From IMG/VR virus record IMGVR_UViG_3300005613_000049, positions 5,309-69,308 of that record: DNA of 64,000 nt; one strand, written 5' to 3'. The notes under the pieces are model-generated. The model made no database searches. It was not told the origin of the DNA and saw only the letters and a program-made list of their open reading frames with translations. Source of the stretch: a virus. The position numbers and the translations under genes were made by a program. Below are positions 28,851-37,432 of the stretch, in pieces; position 1 is the stretch's first letter, and every line of letters begins with the position of its first letter.

Positions 28851-30950
28851 TTATAACATAGAAGCTACTAAACAACCATGTGCCACACAAGTCATTGGAT
28901 CCTTGGCTCTACGTACCTCTGTGACCTTAAAAGGTAACTGCTTTGAACTCAATTCATTGTTAAATTTTTCTACAAAATTATCAACTAATGTTAAACCTCC
29001 AGATAATATAACAGGTAACTTCTTTAAATGAGGTAATTTCTTACCCTCTAATTCGTATATAATATTATCTAACGCATAATTAATTAATATACCATAATAT
29101 ACACTTATGGCTTCTTGAATTTTCCCATGTGGTTCTAAAATATTTATATTACCCTGCTCCTTTTCTATTTGAACCATTGAAGCATTCATATCTATAGCCT
29201 TGGCTACAGATTCATCTATCCAATCACCGCCTTTTGTTAGTGAAAACTGTACTATAGGATCGCCTTCAAACACTATAGCAGTATTGATCATCCCGGCACC
29301 GCAATTATGGATAGTCAAAAACGGCCCAGAAAGCGAATGATCATCCTTCACATTTAAATCGTACACAACACCCTCGTAATGATCATACTCTATCTTTTGT
29401 ACACGAGTACAACAAAAATCACCATTAATAAATAATTTTTCAGTATATGTACTATTATCACAACTCAGATTATTTATTATATCAGCCAGGGAACTAAACA
29501 ACTCTTTTTTCCCACTATTAACCTCCCACTCATCTTTTTTACCCTCAATACATCTACCATCCTCCAAAACATGTGATCTTGGAGATCTAAACGTGACACT
29601 TGCAGCTATACCAATACGTGAAAACAGTTGTTTACACAACCACACTAGTTTTGTGGAAGTATTATAGAAAGTTATTGATCCATTAGATATACTACCATCT
29701 GATCTAATTAACCCAGCTAATAAATTAATACAATCTGATTTATCAATCCTATTAATATTCCATGGATAAGTTTTTTCATCACCATAATAACAGTGGTTTC
29801 TGAACCAACTAGCAACTCCCTTACTATAACATTTAACTCTAGAACACCCATCACCATGATCAACTATAGTGCATTCCTTCTCAAAATTTTTATACAGTAT
29901 ATTAACCACATCATTAATATTAGACAACTCGTTCTTACCAAAATCAAATTGAATACCAGAATCCCGCTCACAAATACTACCATCACCTAAAAAATAACCA
30001 ATTAATCTTTGAACATCACTGCTAACATGTACTTGTTTTTTATTATAAACAGTAGACGATGTAACTCTTTCACAAATAGTCATAGTAGGTTTTCTAGATT
30101 GTCTATCTTGTTTAACTATAGGCTCACCTACTATATCACCCACTTTTAAACCTTCACAACCCACCCATATCCACGAACCATTCCTATTAACTAATAATTC
30201 ATGATCATCAACAAATTTGTAATACTCAGTACTGTTCTTATAACCTTGTAATTGAATTTTAGTACACATACCATTGAAGTGTTTAGTTACTATCATACTA
30301 ATATCTTCAAATCTACCTCTATGGGTTAAAACCTTATCATCCTCCGATACATCTTCAATATTAACTATACCTTTATCTGTATATATTTTTGTACCAGGCA
30401 CTAAACAACTAATCGCAGCCCCGGTTAAACCATCGTCCAACAATTCTGAAAAAGCTACTGCAAACCCCTCATTCATTGGCGTAGGATCAAAACCCATTTC
30501 CCTTAGATATGATTTAACCATTTCTGTATGATAAAAAATATCAAACGTACCATCTGCCGGGTCCGCAGGCACAGAAAACACTAATTTATCATTACCATTT
30601 CCCTCACCAACTAAACTATTAATTATAAGCTTTATCATCGGTAAGGAATCTTTTTCTTTAGCAGATAAAATACCCTTACTCATTGGACGCCTAGCATTAA
30701 GGTTTCTTTCATTAGCCATTAATAATGCATCTTCTCCTACTACTATAAACCCCTCATTATCTATAATAAAATTAGCCTTTCTACTTTCTAATGACGTTTG
30801 TATACTTCTTTTATTTATCTCAGATTTGGGTACCATCTTAAAAAAAGCATCTCTTTGTCTTTTATACACTACTTTTCCATCATCACCAACAGATGCTGCC
30901 ACTAACATATTAGTTCCTATATCCAAACCTACACCTTTACTCTCTTCCAT
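28851..30950 (-). CDS. actin-like ATPase (volactin/MreB-like) interrupted by an intein
   Basis: Phosphate-1 GLDIGT, VGEDA, RRPM..G.L, VPADP, NEG.A, phosphate-2 S|CGAG, GGDWID, adenosine LSGG; 331 aa after splicing. Confidence 0.85.
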   Translation of the reverse strand: MEESKGVGLDIGTNMLVAASVGDDGKVVYKRQRDAFFKMVPKSEINKRSIQTSLESRKANFIIDNEGFIVVGEDALLMANERNLNARRPMSKGILSAKEKDSLPMIKLIINSLVGEGNGNDKLVFSVPADPADGTFDIFYHTEMVKSYLREMGFDPTPMNEGFAVAFSELLDDGLTGAAISCLVPGTKIYTDKGIVNIEDVSEDDKVLTHRGRFEDISMIVTKHFNGMCTKIQLQGYKNSTEYYKFVDDHELLVNRNGSWIWVGCEGLKVGDIVGEPIVKQDRQSRKPTMTICERVTSSTVYNKKQVHVSSDVQRLIGYFLGDGSICERDSGIQFDFGKNELSNINDVVNILYKNFEKECTIVDHGDGCSRVKCYSKGVASWFRNHCYYGDEKTYPWNINRIDKSDCINLLAGLIRSDGSISNGSITFYNTSTKLVWLCKQLFSRIGIAASVTFRSPRSHVLEDGRCIEGKKDEWEVNSGKKELFSSLADIINNLSCDNSTYTEKLFINGDFCCTRVQKIEYDHYEGVVYDLNVKDDHSLSGPFLTIHNCGAGMINTAIVFEGDPIVQFSLTKGGDWIDESVAKAIDMNASMVQIEKEQGNINILEPHGKIQEAISVYYGILINYALDNIIYELEGKKLPHLKKLPVILSGGLTLVDNFVEKFNNELSSKQLPFKVTEVRRAKDPMTCVAHGCLVASML
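29304..30407 (-). mobile_element. LAGLIDADG intein in the actin-like ATPase (368 aa)
   Basis: GAAIS|CLVPGT...VYDLNV..DHS...IHN|CGAG; LIGYFLGDG and LLAGLIRSDG. Confidence 0.9.
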
Positions 30951-30970
30951 ATAACTTACCCCCTTACTTA

Positions 30971-31711
30971 CTATTTCTTGCCTAATAAACGTCTTACTTT
31001 ATCTAAATCAACCCTAACATCTTTAATATCAACAGACTCTGAAGCATCTTCCTCTATTTCAATATGAGAATCTAAATCAGATGGTGTTTTTTCTAATGGA
31101 TCTATAAAAACACGATCCTGGATTTCAGGTCTACCTTTATCATCATCTTTAGATAGTGATAAGCCAGATTTAGATAACTTATTATCTATTTCATTAAGTT
31201 TTTTTATAAAAACACTCATATTAAGAGCATGATCTTCTAATAATTTATTTATAACTTTTTCCTTTTCATCTATTTTCGAAGTTATTTCTTTATTATTCTC
31301 AATATCTACATTTTGTGTTTTTAGTATTTTTAACTCATTATCTTTTTCCTCTAAAGTTTTATCTATTAACCACAGTCGTTTTTTAGTGTGGTCTAATTCC
31401 GTATTCAAATTTGTTATTTCGCCTTTATGCCTATTACGCTCTTGTGCAATTGTAAACTCAACTGCCTCATCTATTTTCTTTTTGACTTCATCAAGTGGTA
31501 AAAACTGATCTTTTTCATCGATAGCACCCTCTTCAGTCTTTGATTCATGTATAGCTAATAATTTTTTTAATTCTTCCTCATTTAATTGTGGTAATTTGAT
31601 AACAGCATCACCACTTAAACTATTTTGCTTTTTTTGCATGTCTCTAGGACCGCCGCCACCCCATTGCTTACCACTTAACTTTTTATTATACGGAATTTTT
31701 TTGTTACCCAC
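30971..31711 (-). CDS. coiled-coil protein co-transcribed upstream of the actin-like gene
   Basis: Long heptad-rich central region, short helical C-terminus. Confidence 0.55.
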   Translation of the reverse strand: MGNKKIPYNKKLSGKQWGGGGPRDMQKKQNSLSGDAVIKLPQLNEEELKKLLAIHESKTEEGAIDEKDQFLPLDEVKKKIDEAVEFTIAQERNRHKGEITNLNTELDHTKKRLWLIDKTLEEKDNELKILKTQNVDIENNKEITSKIDEKEKVINKLLEDHALNMSVFIKKLNEIDNKLSKSGLSLSKDDDKGRPEIQDRVFIDPLEKTPSDLDSHIEIEEDASESVDIKDVRVDLDKVRRLLGKK

Positions 31712-32308
31712 TTATTTTTCCTCGTTTAATGATCTATTTGTAAAAACTTCGTCTATAATGCCGTATTTTTTAGCTTCTTCAGCCGACATATAATAATCTC
31801 TAGACAAGTCTGACTTAAGTTTTGTAACACTTTTTTTAACGATTTTACTTAACTCTTTCAACATAATTTCATTAGACCTCTCAAACTCTTTTACCTGTAC
31901 ACGCATATCTTGGATATTACCTTCAGTGCCAGCAGATACTTGGTGAAGCATAACTCTAGCGTTGGCTAATGCGTATCTTTTTCCTATAGTACCAGCTGAT
32001 AAAATAAAAGCAGCAGCACTAGCAGCTTGTCCAACACATACAGTAGATATATTTGGTTTTATATATCTCATGGTATCATAAATAGCTAAGCATGAGGATA
32101 TCATACCACCAGGGCTATTTACATAAATAGTAATATCTTTATTCGCATTATCTGCTTCTAGAAATAACAACTGAGCTACTACTGAATTTGATAACTCTTG
32201 ATCAAAATTTTTGCCTATAAAAACAATCCTATCCTTTAACAATCTAGAATATAGATCGTAAACCCTTTCCTTAGACGTCCCAGCATTTTCAACAACATAC
32301 GGTATCAT
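31712..32308 (-). CDS. clpP: ATP-dependent Clp protease proteolytic subunit
   Basis: DLYSRLLKDRIVF, YVNSPGG, GQAAS (Ser), MLHQ (His), RDYYMSAEEAKKYGIID. Confidence 0.93.
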   Translation of the reverse strand: MIPYVVENAGTSKERVYDLYSRLLKDRIVFIGKNFDQELSNSVVAQLLFLEADNANKDITIYVNSPGGMISSCLAIYDTMRYIKPNISTVCVGQAASAAAFILSAGTIGKRYALANARVMLHQVSAGTEGNIQDMRVQVKEFERSNEIMLKELSKIVKKSVTKLKSDLSRDYYMSAEEAKKYGIIDEVFTNRSLNEEK

Positions 32309-32445
32309 AATATCTCCTCTCCTTTTCAGTGAAAAATTCTTTGATAAAGTGAATATTTAAAGTTTTTTGCGACGAAGTCGCGTTATTAATATATTCTAAT
32401 AAATAAGTATTCTAATAGTATACATCGATCATAATGGCCATGAAA

Positions 32446-33093
32446 CTAGTTTTGTGCGGCCATAATGGCTTTATTGTGGCCATAATGGCTATATAACTTT
32501 TCAATGTTACTACTATAATAATCTTTTCTATTGAATAAAATTTCGAATAAAATTTTACTATTTTCTATTTTTTCTATAAATAAGTTTGGTCTATTTATAT
32601 TTGTTATTATAAAATCTCTCAACACACTATCTAAACAATATAAACTTATGTTTTTTATTTTTGGAATACTCCATTGATTTGTTATAGCATCTCGTTGTTC
32701 TTCTATTTCTTTTTTTACTAACTCATTATATCTACTTACTAAATAATAAAATAAATATAAATTATCATTTCCTTCAGATCTAAACCCGATTAAATATTTA
32801 TTATTCCTGGCATTATTTTTTACTTTTATAATAGCACCAAGTCTGTCTAATTTTTTTAAAGATCTTGTACATGTAGATGGTGTTATGTTTCCAATTTTTT
32901 CCATTAATGTTTGTTGTTTTATATTAGCTATTAATAATCCTTTTGCATATGAATTCGTACCACTAACTAAAAAACTTTTCCATAAAGTTTGTAAAACGAT
33001 TTTATCGTTATTTGTTAATACCCATTTGTAATAACTTGTGTTTATTAATTTACCAGATAATCTTAAAAAACTTCTGTCCTCAATAAAATCCAT
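32446..33093 (-). CDS. winged-HTH protein (replication initiator-like, putative)
   Basis: KQQTLMEKIG..PSTCTRSLKKLDRLGAI pattern. Confidence 0.45.
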   Translation of the reverse strand: MDFIEDRSFLRLSGKLINTSYYKWVLTNNDKIVLQTLWKSFLVSGTNSYAKGLLIANIKQQTLMEKIGNITPSTCTRSLKKLDRLGAIIKVKNNARNNKYLIGFRSEGNDNLYLFYYLVSRYNELVKKEIEEQRDAITNQWSIPKIKNISLYCLDSVLRDFIITNINRPNLFIEKIENSKILFEILFNRKDYYSSNIEKLYSHYGHNKAIMAAQN

Positions 33094-33133
33094 TCTATTT
33101 TCCTTTTCTGGTCCTTTTATATATATTACGTAC

Positions 33134-33415
33134 TTATTTTATTTTATGTCTAAATATACTGATATCAGAATCACTACTTTTCTTTTTATAATGATTACAT
33201 TCTAAAGTGACGTCAGCATTTATATCCATATCCATTAACAAACAAAAATTGATTTCTAGACTACCGGACTCATCATCAAAACTTTCTAATACCTTATCCC
33301 CATCTTCATCTACATAAGACTCTGGATCTGAGGGGATAAATACACGTCTAAACCTCCATTTACAATCTTTACACAACCCTTCTTCTACAGGTAACTGTAT
33401 GTCTTCTGAGTTCAT
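33134..33415 (-). CDS. hypothetical Cys-containing protein
   Basis: CKDC...C...C. Confidence 0.5.
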   Translation of the reverse strand: MNSEDIQLPVEEGLCKDCKWRFRRVFIPSDPESYVDEDGDKVLESFDDESGSLEINFCLLMDMDINADVTLECNHYKKKSSDSDISIFRHKIK

Positions 33416-33418
33416 AGT

Positions 33419-33688
33419 TTATTTCCTTTGTTTTAGAGATCTGTTTACGGTTTCATCGTCTTTATATCCTTCAATATCACCTGATTTTTTCAATCTTTTT
33501 ATTTCAGCATTTATGGAATCTGATGACCTTATGGAGAATTTTTTTGCAAAAATCTCTTTTAGTTCTTGTATTGTTGATGTTCTATAATTTTTTATTAAAT
33601 ATTTCTTTTCTTCTCTACTCCACGAGCTTCTATTCATAACCCCTCCTTTGTTGGCCATATATAATTTAACCCTGGCTTTACGTTCCAT
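33419..33688 (-). CDS. small Myb/HTH-like protein
   Basis: WSREEKKYL...RS.DSI; real start probably MNRSS. Confidence 0.45.
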   Translation of the reverse strand: MERKARVKLYMANKGGVMNRSSWSREEKKYLIKNYRTSTIQELKEIFAKKFSIRSSDSINAEIKRLKKSGDIEGYKDDETVNRSLKQRK

Positions 33689-34068
33689 CCATACTTGCCG
33701 TAAAACTCAGGGTCTTTTTCTAATAATTTAGATTTATGTGAATTATGAAAATCTTCATTGCCTAACCAATTAGGGCATATTATTTCTAATATATTTACAG
33801 GCTCTTTTTGAATGGTATTTCTAAATCCCCTAACTTCCCACTCATTTATAATTATATTTAAATAAAATCTTAAACAGTTTTCATACCCTGCCCACATCTT
33901 TACCGCTGGGTGGTTAGACCATGATATTTTTCCATATTTATTTAGTTTAGCATGTCCTGTTAGTATATTTAATATAGTTTTAGCTTCTACTCGTTGTTTA
34001 CCTAGACGCCTATTATCTAAACATTTTGCCGTTTGTATAAAACTTTTGTAAGGTAAAAATGTTTGCAT
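33634..34068 (-). CDS. pyrimidine-dimer DNA glycosylase-like (MSMEG_6728/DenV family)
   Basis: MQTFLPY...LD.RRLGKQRVEA, NHPAVKMW, SH.S.L..KDP..Y. Confidence 0.8.
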   Translation of the reverse strand: MQTFLPYKSFIQTAKCLDNRRLGKQRVEAKTILNILTGHAKLNKYGKISWSNHPAVKMWAGYENCLRFYLNIIINEWEVRGFRNTIQKEPVNILEIICPNWLGNEDFHNSHKSKLLEKDPEFYGKYGWNVKPGLNYIWPTKEGL

Positions 34069-34220
34069 CTACCTACCCTTTTCATCCTCTATATATTTTT
34101 CTAATAGAGATGTTACTGCATATTCCAATAATAATTGATGTTCTTCCTTACTAATTTCTAATTCTACCTCTACAGATCCATCCTCTCTATCATCTTCTGA
34201 CATATTTAATACTTTCATAA

Positions 34221-34538
34221 TTATCTACACCCCTCCAATCTTGCTTTAACTCTTTTAATAGCATCTTTTATCTCTTGATACTCTTCTCTAAGGTCGATAT
34301 CATTTTGGTTTTGTTCAAGTAACTTTTTATACAAAAATTTACGTTGTACTAATTCATCATATAAACGAATATCAGCATTTTTATTTATATTTTGTTGTAA
34401 TTGATTAATTGTTTTGACCGTTTGTTCTTGCATATCTTTTGCGTCAACTATAGTTTGATATCTATCCTCAACTGCCCATATAACAAGTACTAAACTAATT
34501 ATAATACCGACTATTTTTAAACCACTTGGTATATTCAT
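34221..34538 (-). CDS. membrane-anchored coiled-coil protein
   Basis: N-terminal transmembrane segment. Confidence 0.5.
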   Translation of the reverse strand: MNIPSGLKIVGIIISLVLVIWAVEDRYQTIVDAKDMQEQTVKTINQLQQNINKNADIRLYDELVQRKFLYKKLLEQNQNDIDLREEYQEIKDAIKRVKARLEGCR

Positions 34539-34570
34539 TCATCACCTCCTCCTATTTGTAATATATTTTT

Positions 34571-34642
34571 CTCCGGGAAGAAGAATCGAACTTCTCGTTT
34601 ACTGGTTCAAAGCCAGTCGTTCTACCATTGAACTATCCCGGA
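34571..34642 (-). tRNA. tRNA-Gln(TTG)
   Basis: Cloverleaf; anticodon arm ACTGG-CTTTGAA-CCAGT; GTTCGA T-loop. Confidence 0.9.
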
Positions 34643-34653
34643 ATTTTAAATGT

Positions 34654-34725
34654 AGACGATGACCGGATTCGAACCGATGTACCTAGTTTTGCAAACTAGT
34701 GCCTTTACCACTCGGCCACATCGTC
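34654..34725 (-). tRNA. tRNA-Cys(GCA)
   Basis: CTAGT-TTGCAAA-ACTAG; U73. Confidence 0.9.
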
Positions 34726-34729
34726 AATT

Positions 34730-34805
34730 CGGGAGTAACGGGATTCGAACCCGTGTTCTTCTGCGTGACGGGCAGATGTCCTTGACCAGACTAGACCATA
34801 CCCCC
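34730..34805 (-). tRNA. tRNA-Asp(GTC)
   Basis: TCTGC-CCGTCAC-GCAGA; G73; C at position 33. Confidence 0.85.
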
Positions 34806-34810
34806 ATATA

Positions 34811-34882
34811 TGGAGCGGGTGTGCGGAATCAAACCACTCTTCCAGATTGGAGTCTGGCGTGCTATCATTACACTAAACCCGC
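34811..34882 (-). tRNA. degenerate tRNA-Gly-like gene with a 6-nt anticodon loop
   Basis: GCGGG/CCCGC-TCCA acceptor; CCAGA-CTCCAA-TCTGG; T-loop TTTGATT; D-loop GG changed to GA. Confidence 0.6.
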
Positions 34883-34885
34883 ATG

Positions 34886-34956
34886 AGCAGGTAGGGGGAA
34901 TCGAACCCCCGTCAATAGGTTGGAAGCCTACCACATTACCACTATGTTATACCTGC
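34886..34956 (-). tRNA. tRNA-Gly(TCC)
   Basis: GTAGG-CTTCCAA-CCTAT; U73. Confidence 0.9.
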
Positions 34957-34965
34957 GTTTATATA

Positions 34966-35038
34966 AGTGCCTGGGGGGAATTGAACCCCCGTATACGGGT
35001 TTAGAATCCGTCGCACTAAGCCACTGTGCTACAGGCAC
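34966..35038 (-). tRNA. tRNA with CTA anticodon (amber suppressor)
   Basis: GTGCCTG/CAGGCAC acceptor, GCAC/GTGC D-stem, ACGGA-TTCTAAA-CCCGT, GGGGG-TTCAATT-CCCCC. Confidence 0.75.
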
Positions 35039-35046
35039 GTTAAAAT

Positions 35047-35340
35047 TTATAATAATTCAAGGTTTCTAAAAATTTTACTATTACCTAATGTAGCTATAGC
35101 TGTTACTTGATTTCCCATATCAGGCTCTCTAAATCTAACGTATTTTATACCTTTAAAACTCAACTTATCTATCCAATGAAGTAATTCTCTTTCATTCTTA
35201 ACCCCTAGATATATCAACGTCCTATTTTGCCATCGCTGGTCATGTAATAACCATTCAGCTACTGCATGCCCAGCTTGTACAGCTATATATGATGACGTTG
35301 GTAAATCTTTACGTACTAATACATAAAGTCTTTTGGTCAT
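35047..35340 (-). CDS. peptidyl-tRNA hydrolase 2-like protein
   Basis: LYVLVRKDL, AVQAGHA, F.EPD.....TAIA; likely start MTKRLY. Confidence 0.7.
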   Translation of the reverse strand: MTKRLYVLVRKDLPTSSYIAVQAGHAVAEWLLHDQRWQNRTLIYLGVKNERELLHWIDKLSFKGIKYVRFREPDMGNQVTAIATLGNSKIFRNLELL

Positions 35341-35608
35341 CGGAGTACTTCTCTTTGATCTCTTTAATTCTATCTTCATTAGGTAAATTATCATATCTGG
35401 GTATTTCAATTTGATACCTTTTCCTACCTCTTAATTCCGAATAAGATATGTGGTAATGTCTATATTCATAAGACATTTTATACAAATTCCACATTAAACT
35501 ATTATCACTATTTAGCCTTTGATTTTCTTTATGAATTCTTCTGGTCTCTTTAATTTCTACAGATTTTGTGATCAACCAGTGTTTGAGGTCGTTCAATTTT
35601 GTTCTCAT
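35309..35608 (-). CDS. hypothetical protein
   Basis: ORF with RBS AAGGAG; YRHYHI.YSELRG. Confidence 0.55.
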   Translation of the reverse strand: MRTKLNDLKHWLITKSVEIKETRRIHKENQRLNSDNSLMWNLYKMSYEYRHYHISYSELRGRKRYQIEIPRYDNLPNEDRIKEIKEKYSDDQKTLCIST

Positions 35609-35724
35609 AATCTTATCTCCTTATTATTTATTTTAGAACTTGTGTTAGAAATAAGATTAGGAGGACTTCTTGCACCCTACCCATAATCTATTTGTTTTAC
35701 CTATGTCATATTATACTCCTTATG

Positions 35725-35797
35725 AGCAGACGATGGGTTTCGAACCCACTACCTTCAAGTTGGCAACCTGACGCTCTACCGATTGAGCTACGCCTGC
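35725..35797 (-). tRNA. tRNA-Gly(GCC)
   Basis: TCAGG-TTGCCAA-CTTGA. Confidence 0.9.
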
Positions 35798-36307
35798 TTA
35801 ATAAACACCTAATTCTTTTAATACTATATCTAGTCCCAATTTTTTAAGTTTTAATCTAAGAAATTCAGCAATAGTTGGTTGAAACGGTTTTACAGATAAG
35901 TACATATTAGCCTCGGATGGTAACCTGTTATTCTTTTTAGAATTACACTCAGTACATGCAGCTACACAATTTTCAAAATTGGTTTTGCCACCTCTTGATA
36001 TAGGCACAATATGGTCTATTGTTAAAAATTTACTTTTTTTATCACAGTAAGCACATTTAAATCCATCTCTTATTATGACATTCCTTTTACTAAAAGGTAC
36101 TTGATTTCTATAAATAACCCTAATTATATTAATAAGTTTCATAACCGATGGTACTTTTATAGTTATGGTTTTTTCAAAATTATGGACTACTTTATCTGTA
36201 TATTTTATTACTTCAGTTTTACCCTTAACCATTAAAATTATAGCTTTTTTCCAGTTCACTACATTTAAAAATGTGTAATCAGCATTTAGTATAATACAGT
36301 TATCCAT
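35798..36307 (-). CDS. HNH endonuclease
   Basis: RDGFKCAYC, LTIDHIVP.SRGG...N.VAAC..CN. Confidence 0.88.
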   Translation of the reverse strand: MDNCIILNADYTFLNVVNWKKAIILMVKGKTEVIKYTDKVVHNFEKTITIKVPSVMKLINIIRVIYRNQVPFSKRNVIIRDGFKCAYCDKKSKFLTIDHIVPISRGGKTNFENCVAACTECNSKKNNRLPSEANMYLSVKPFQPTIAEFLRLKLKKLGLDIVLKELGVY

Positions 36308-36366
36308 GATTTATCTCCTTTAGTAAAATTGTTGGTGTATGTTTTGTTTTATCTACTAATCTACTT

Positions 36367-36633
36367 CTAATCTACTTCATCTACTTCGTCCATTTCATCA
36401 TCATCTACATCTTCCATCGTAGCTGTAGAGATGTCATCATCATCTACATCTCCCATCATAGCTGTAGAGATGTCATCATTTACAAATGATATATAGTCAT
36501 CAAAATACTCTTCTGGTATTACTTCACGTAAATAATTTAATAGTATACTATTATATCTCATGATATACCACCTTTGTTTAGGGAGGTCGATAGCTGGTAT
36601 TATTAAGTTGTTCAAACTTAAATATCTAATCAA
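36367..36633 (-). CDS. hypothetical acidic protein with internal repeat
   Basis: DDISTA.M.DVDDD occurs twice; start uncertain. Confidence 0.35.
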   Translation of the reverse strand: MIRYLSLNNLIIPAIDLPKQRWYIMRYNSILLNYLREVIPEEYFDDYISFVNDDISTAMMGDVDDDDISTATMEDVDDDEMDEVDEVD

Positions 36634-36804
36634 AAATTAAATAGGTTTTTTATAATTTAGACAATTATTACAAAGTGCCAATATAATTAACAAGTACGAA
36701 AATGGGCTATCTGTACTAAGATTGTTATTTCAAGTAACAAAACCTTTTATTCTTTTTCTCTTAAAAAGTTATAAAAAGAGTAGCTATCCACCCCTCCCTT
36801 TGTA

Positions 36805-37359
36805 TTATTGTACTTCACCTAATACATTCTCGTTCCACACATAATCTTTTAAAACAGTTGTTGTATTAATTGTTTTTATGGCGTCATCTAGTTTTCTTAT
36901 TTCTAAAGATACCTTATTAACTAACTTATCCAACTCTTTTACATCATATACAGGCTTTTCAACCACATCATCCTTGGTTTCACCCCATCTACGTATTCTT
37001 TCCGAAGAATTCCTATCACGTAATGCTACTAATTCATTATGTCTAGTTTTCAATGTTTTCATCCAAGCCAGTCCTTGACTTATTGTTAATTGACTCATAT
37101 TGTCCCCTCCCAATTTATTTTCTTTTTTACTACACCATGCTAAGGCAAATTCCTCAGCTTTATATATAGTCTTATTCATACCATCTTCACTATTAGCGAA
37201 TAAAAAGGCATCTATATACTCCCCAAGTCTACATCCATGATCGTTATTAACCCACCACTCTGCAAATTCCTCAGCTTTATATATAGTCTTATTCATACCA
37301 TCTTCTCTATATGCAAACCTATACGCATGTTTGTATTCTTCTAAATTTTTGTTACTCAT
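36805..37359 (-). CDS. hypothetical protein, probably a fusion of two ORFs
   Basis: EDGMNKTIYKAEEFA repeated; internal RBS GGAGGG before MSQLT. Confidence 0.5.
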   Translation of the reverse strand: MSNKNLEEYKHAYRFAYREDGMNKTIYKAEEFAEWWVNNDHGCRLGEYIDAFLFANSEDGMNKTIYKAEEFALAWCSKKENKLGGDNMSQLTISQGLAWMKTLKTRHNELVALRDRNSSERIRRWGETKDDVVEKPVYDVKELDKLVNKVSLEIRKLDDAIKTINTTTVLKDYVWNENVLGEVQ

Positions 37360-37391
37360 TTTTAATCCCTTTTTAAAACAGTGTTTATATA

Positions 37392-37424
37392 TATTATAGA
37401 ATATTTTTTTATTTTTGCTAGATA
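37392..37424 (-). promoter_or_regulatory. conserved 33-bp promoter, copy 2
   Basis: Same motif as 28811. Confidence 0.7.
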
Positions 37425-37432
37425 ATTATTTA

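Noticed and set aside
28851-30950. Archaeal virus assignment based on the volactin-like gene
   Set aside because: ClpP, Def, RfaE2, M15 peptidase, TATAAT promoters and AGGAGG RBSs point to a bacterial host, probably one with LPS
34659-35004. Plus-strand ORFs 34659..34886 and 34810..35004
   Set aside because: Antisense shadows of the tRNA cluster
34966-35038. tRNA-Pyl
   Set aside because: Canonical D-loop with GG, 5-bp anticodon stem and TTC T-loop, unlike tRNA-Pyl; no pyl genes seen
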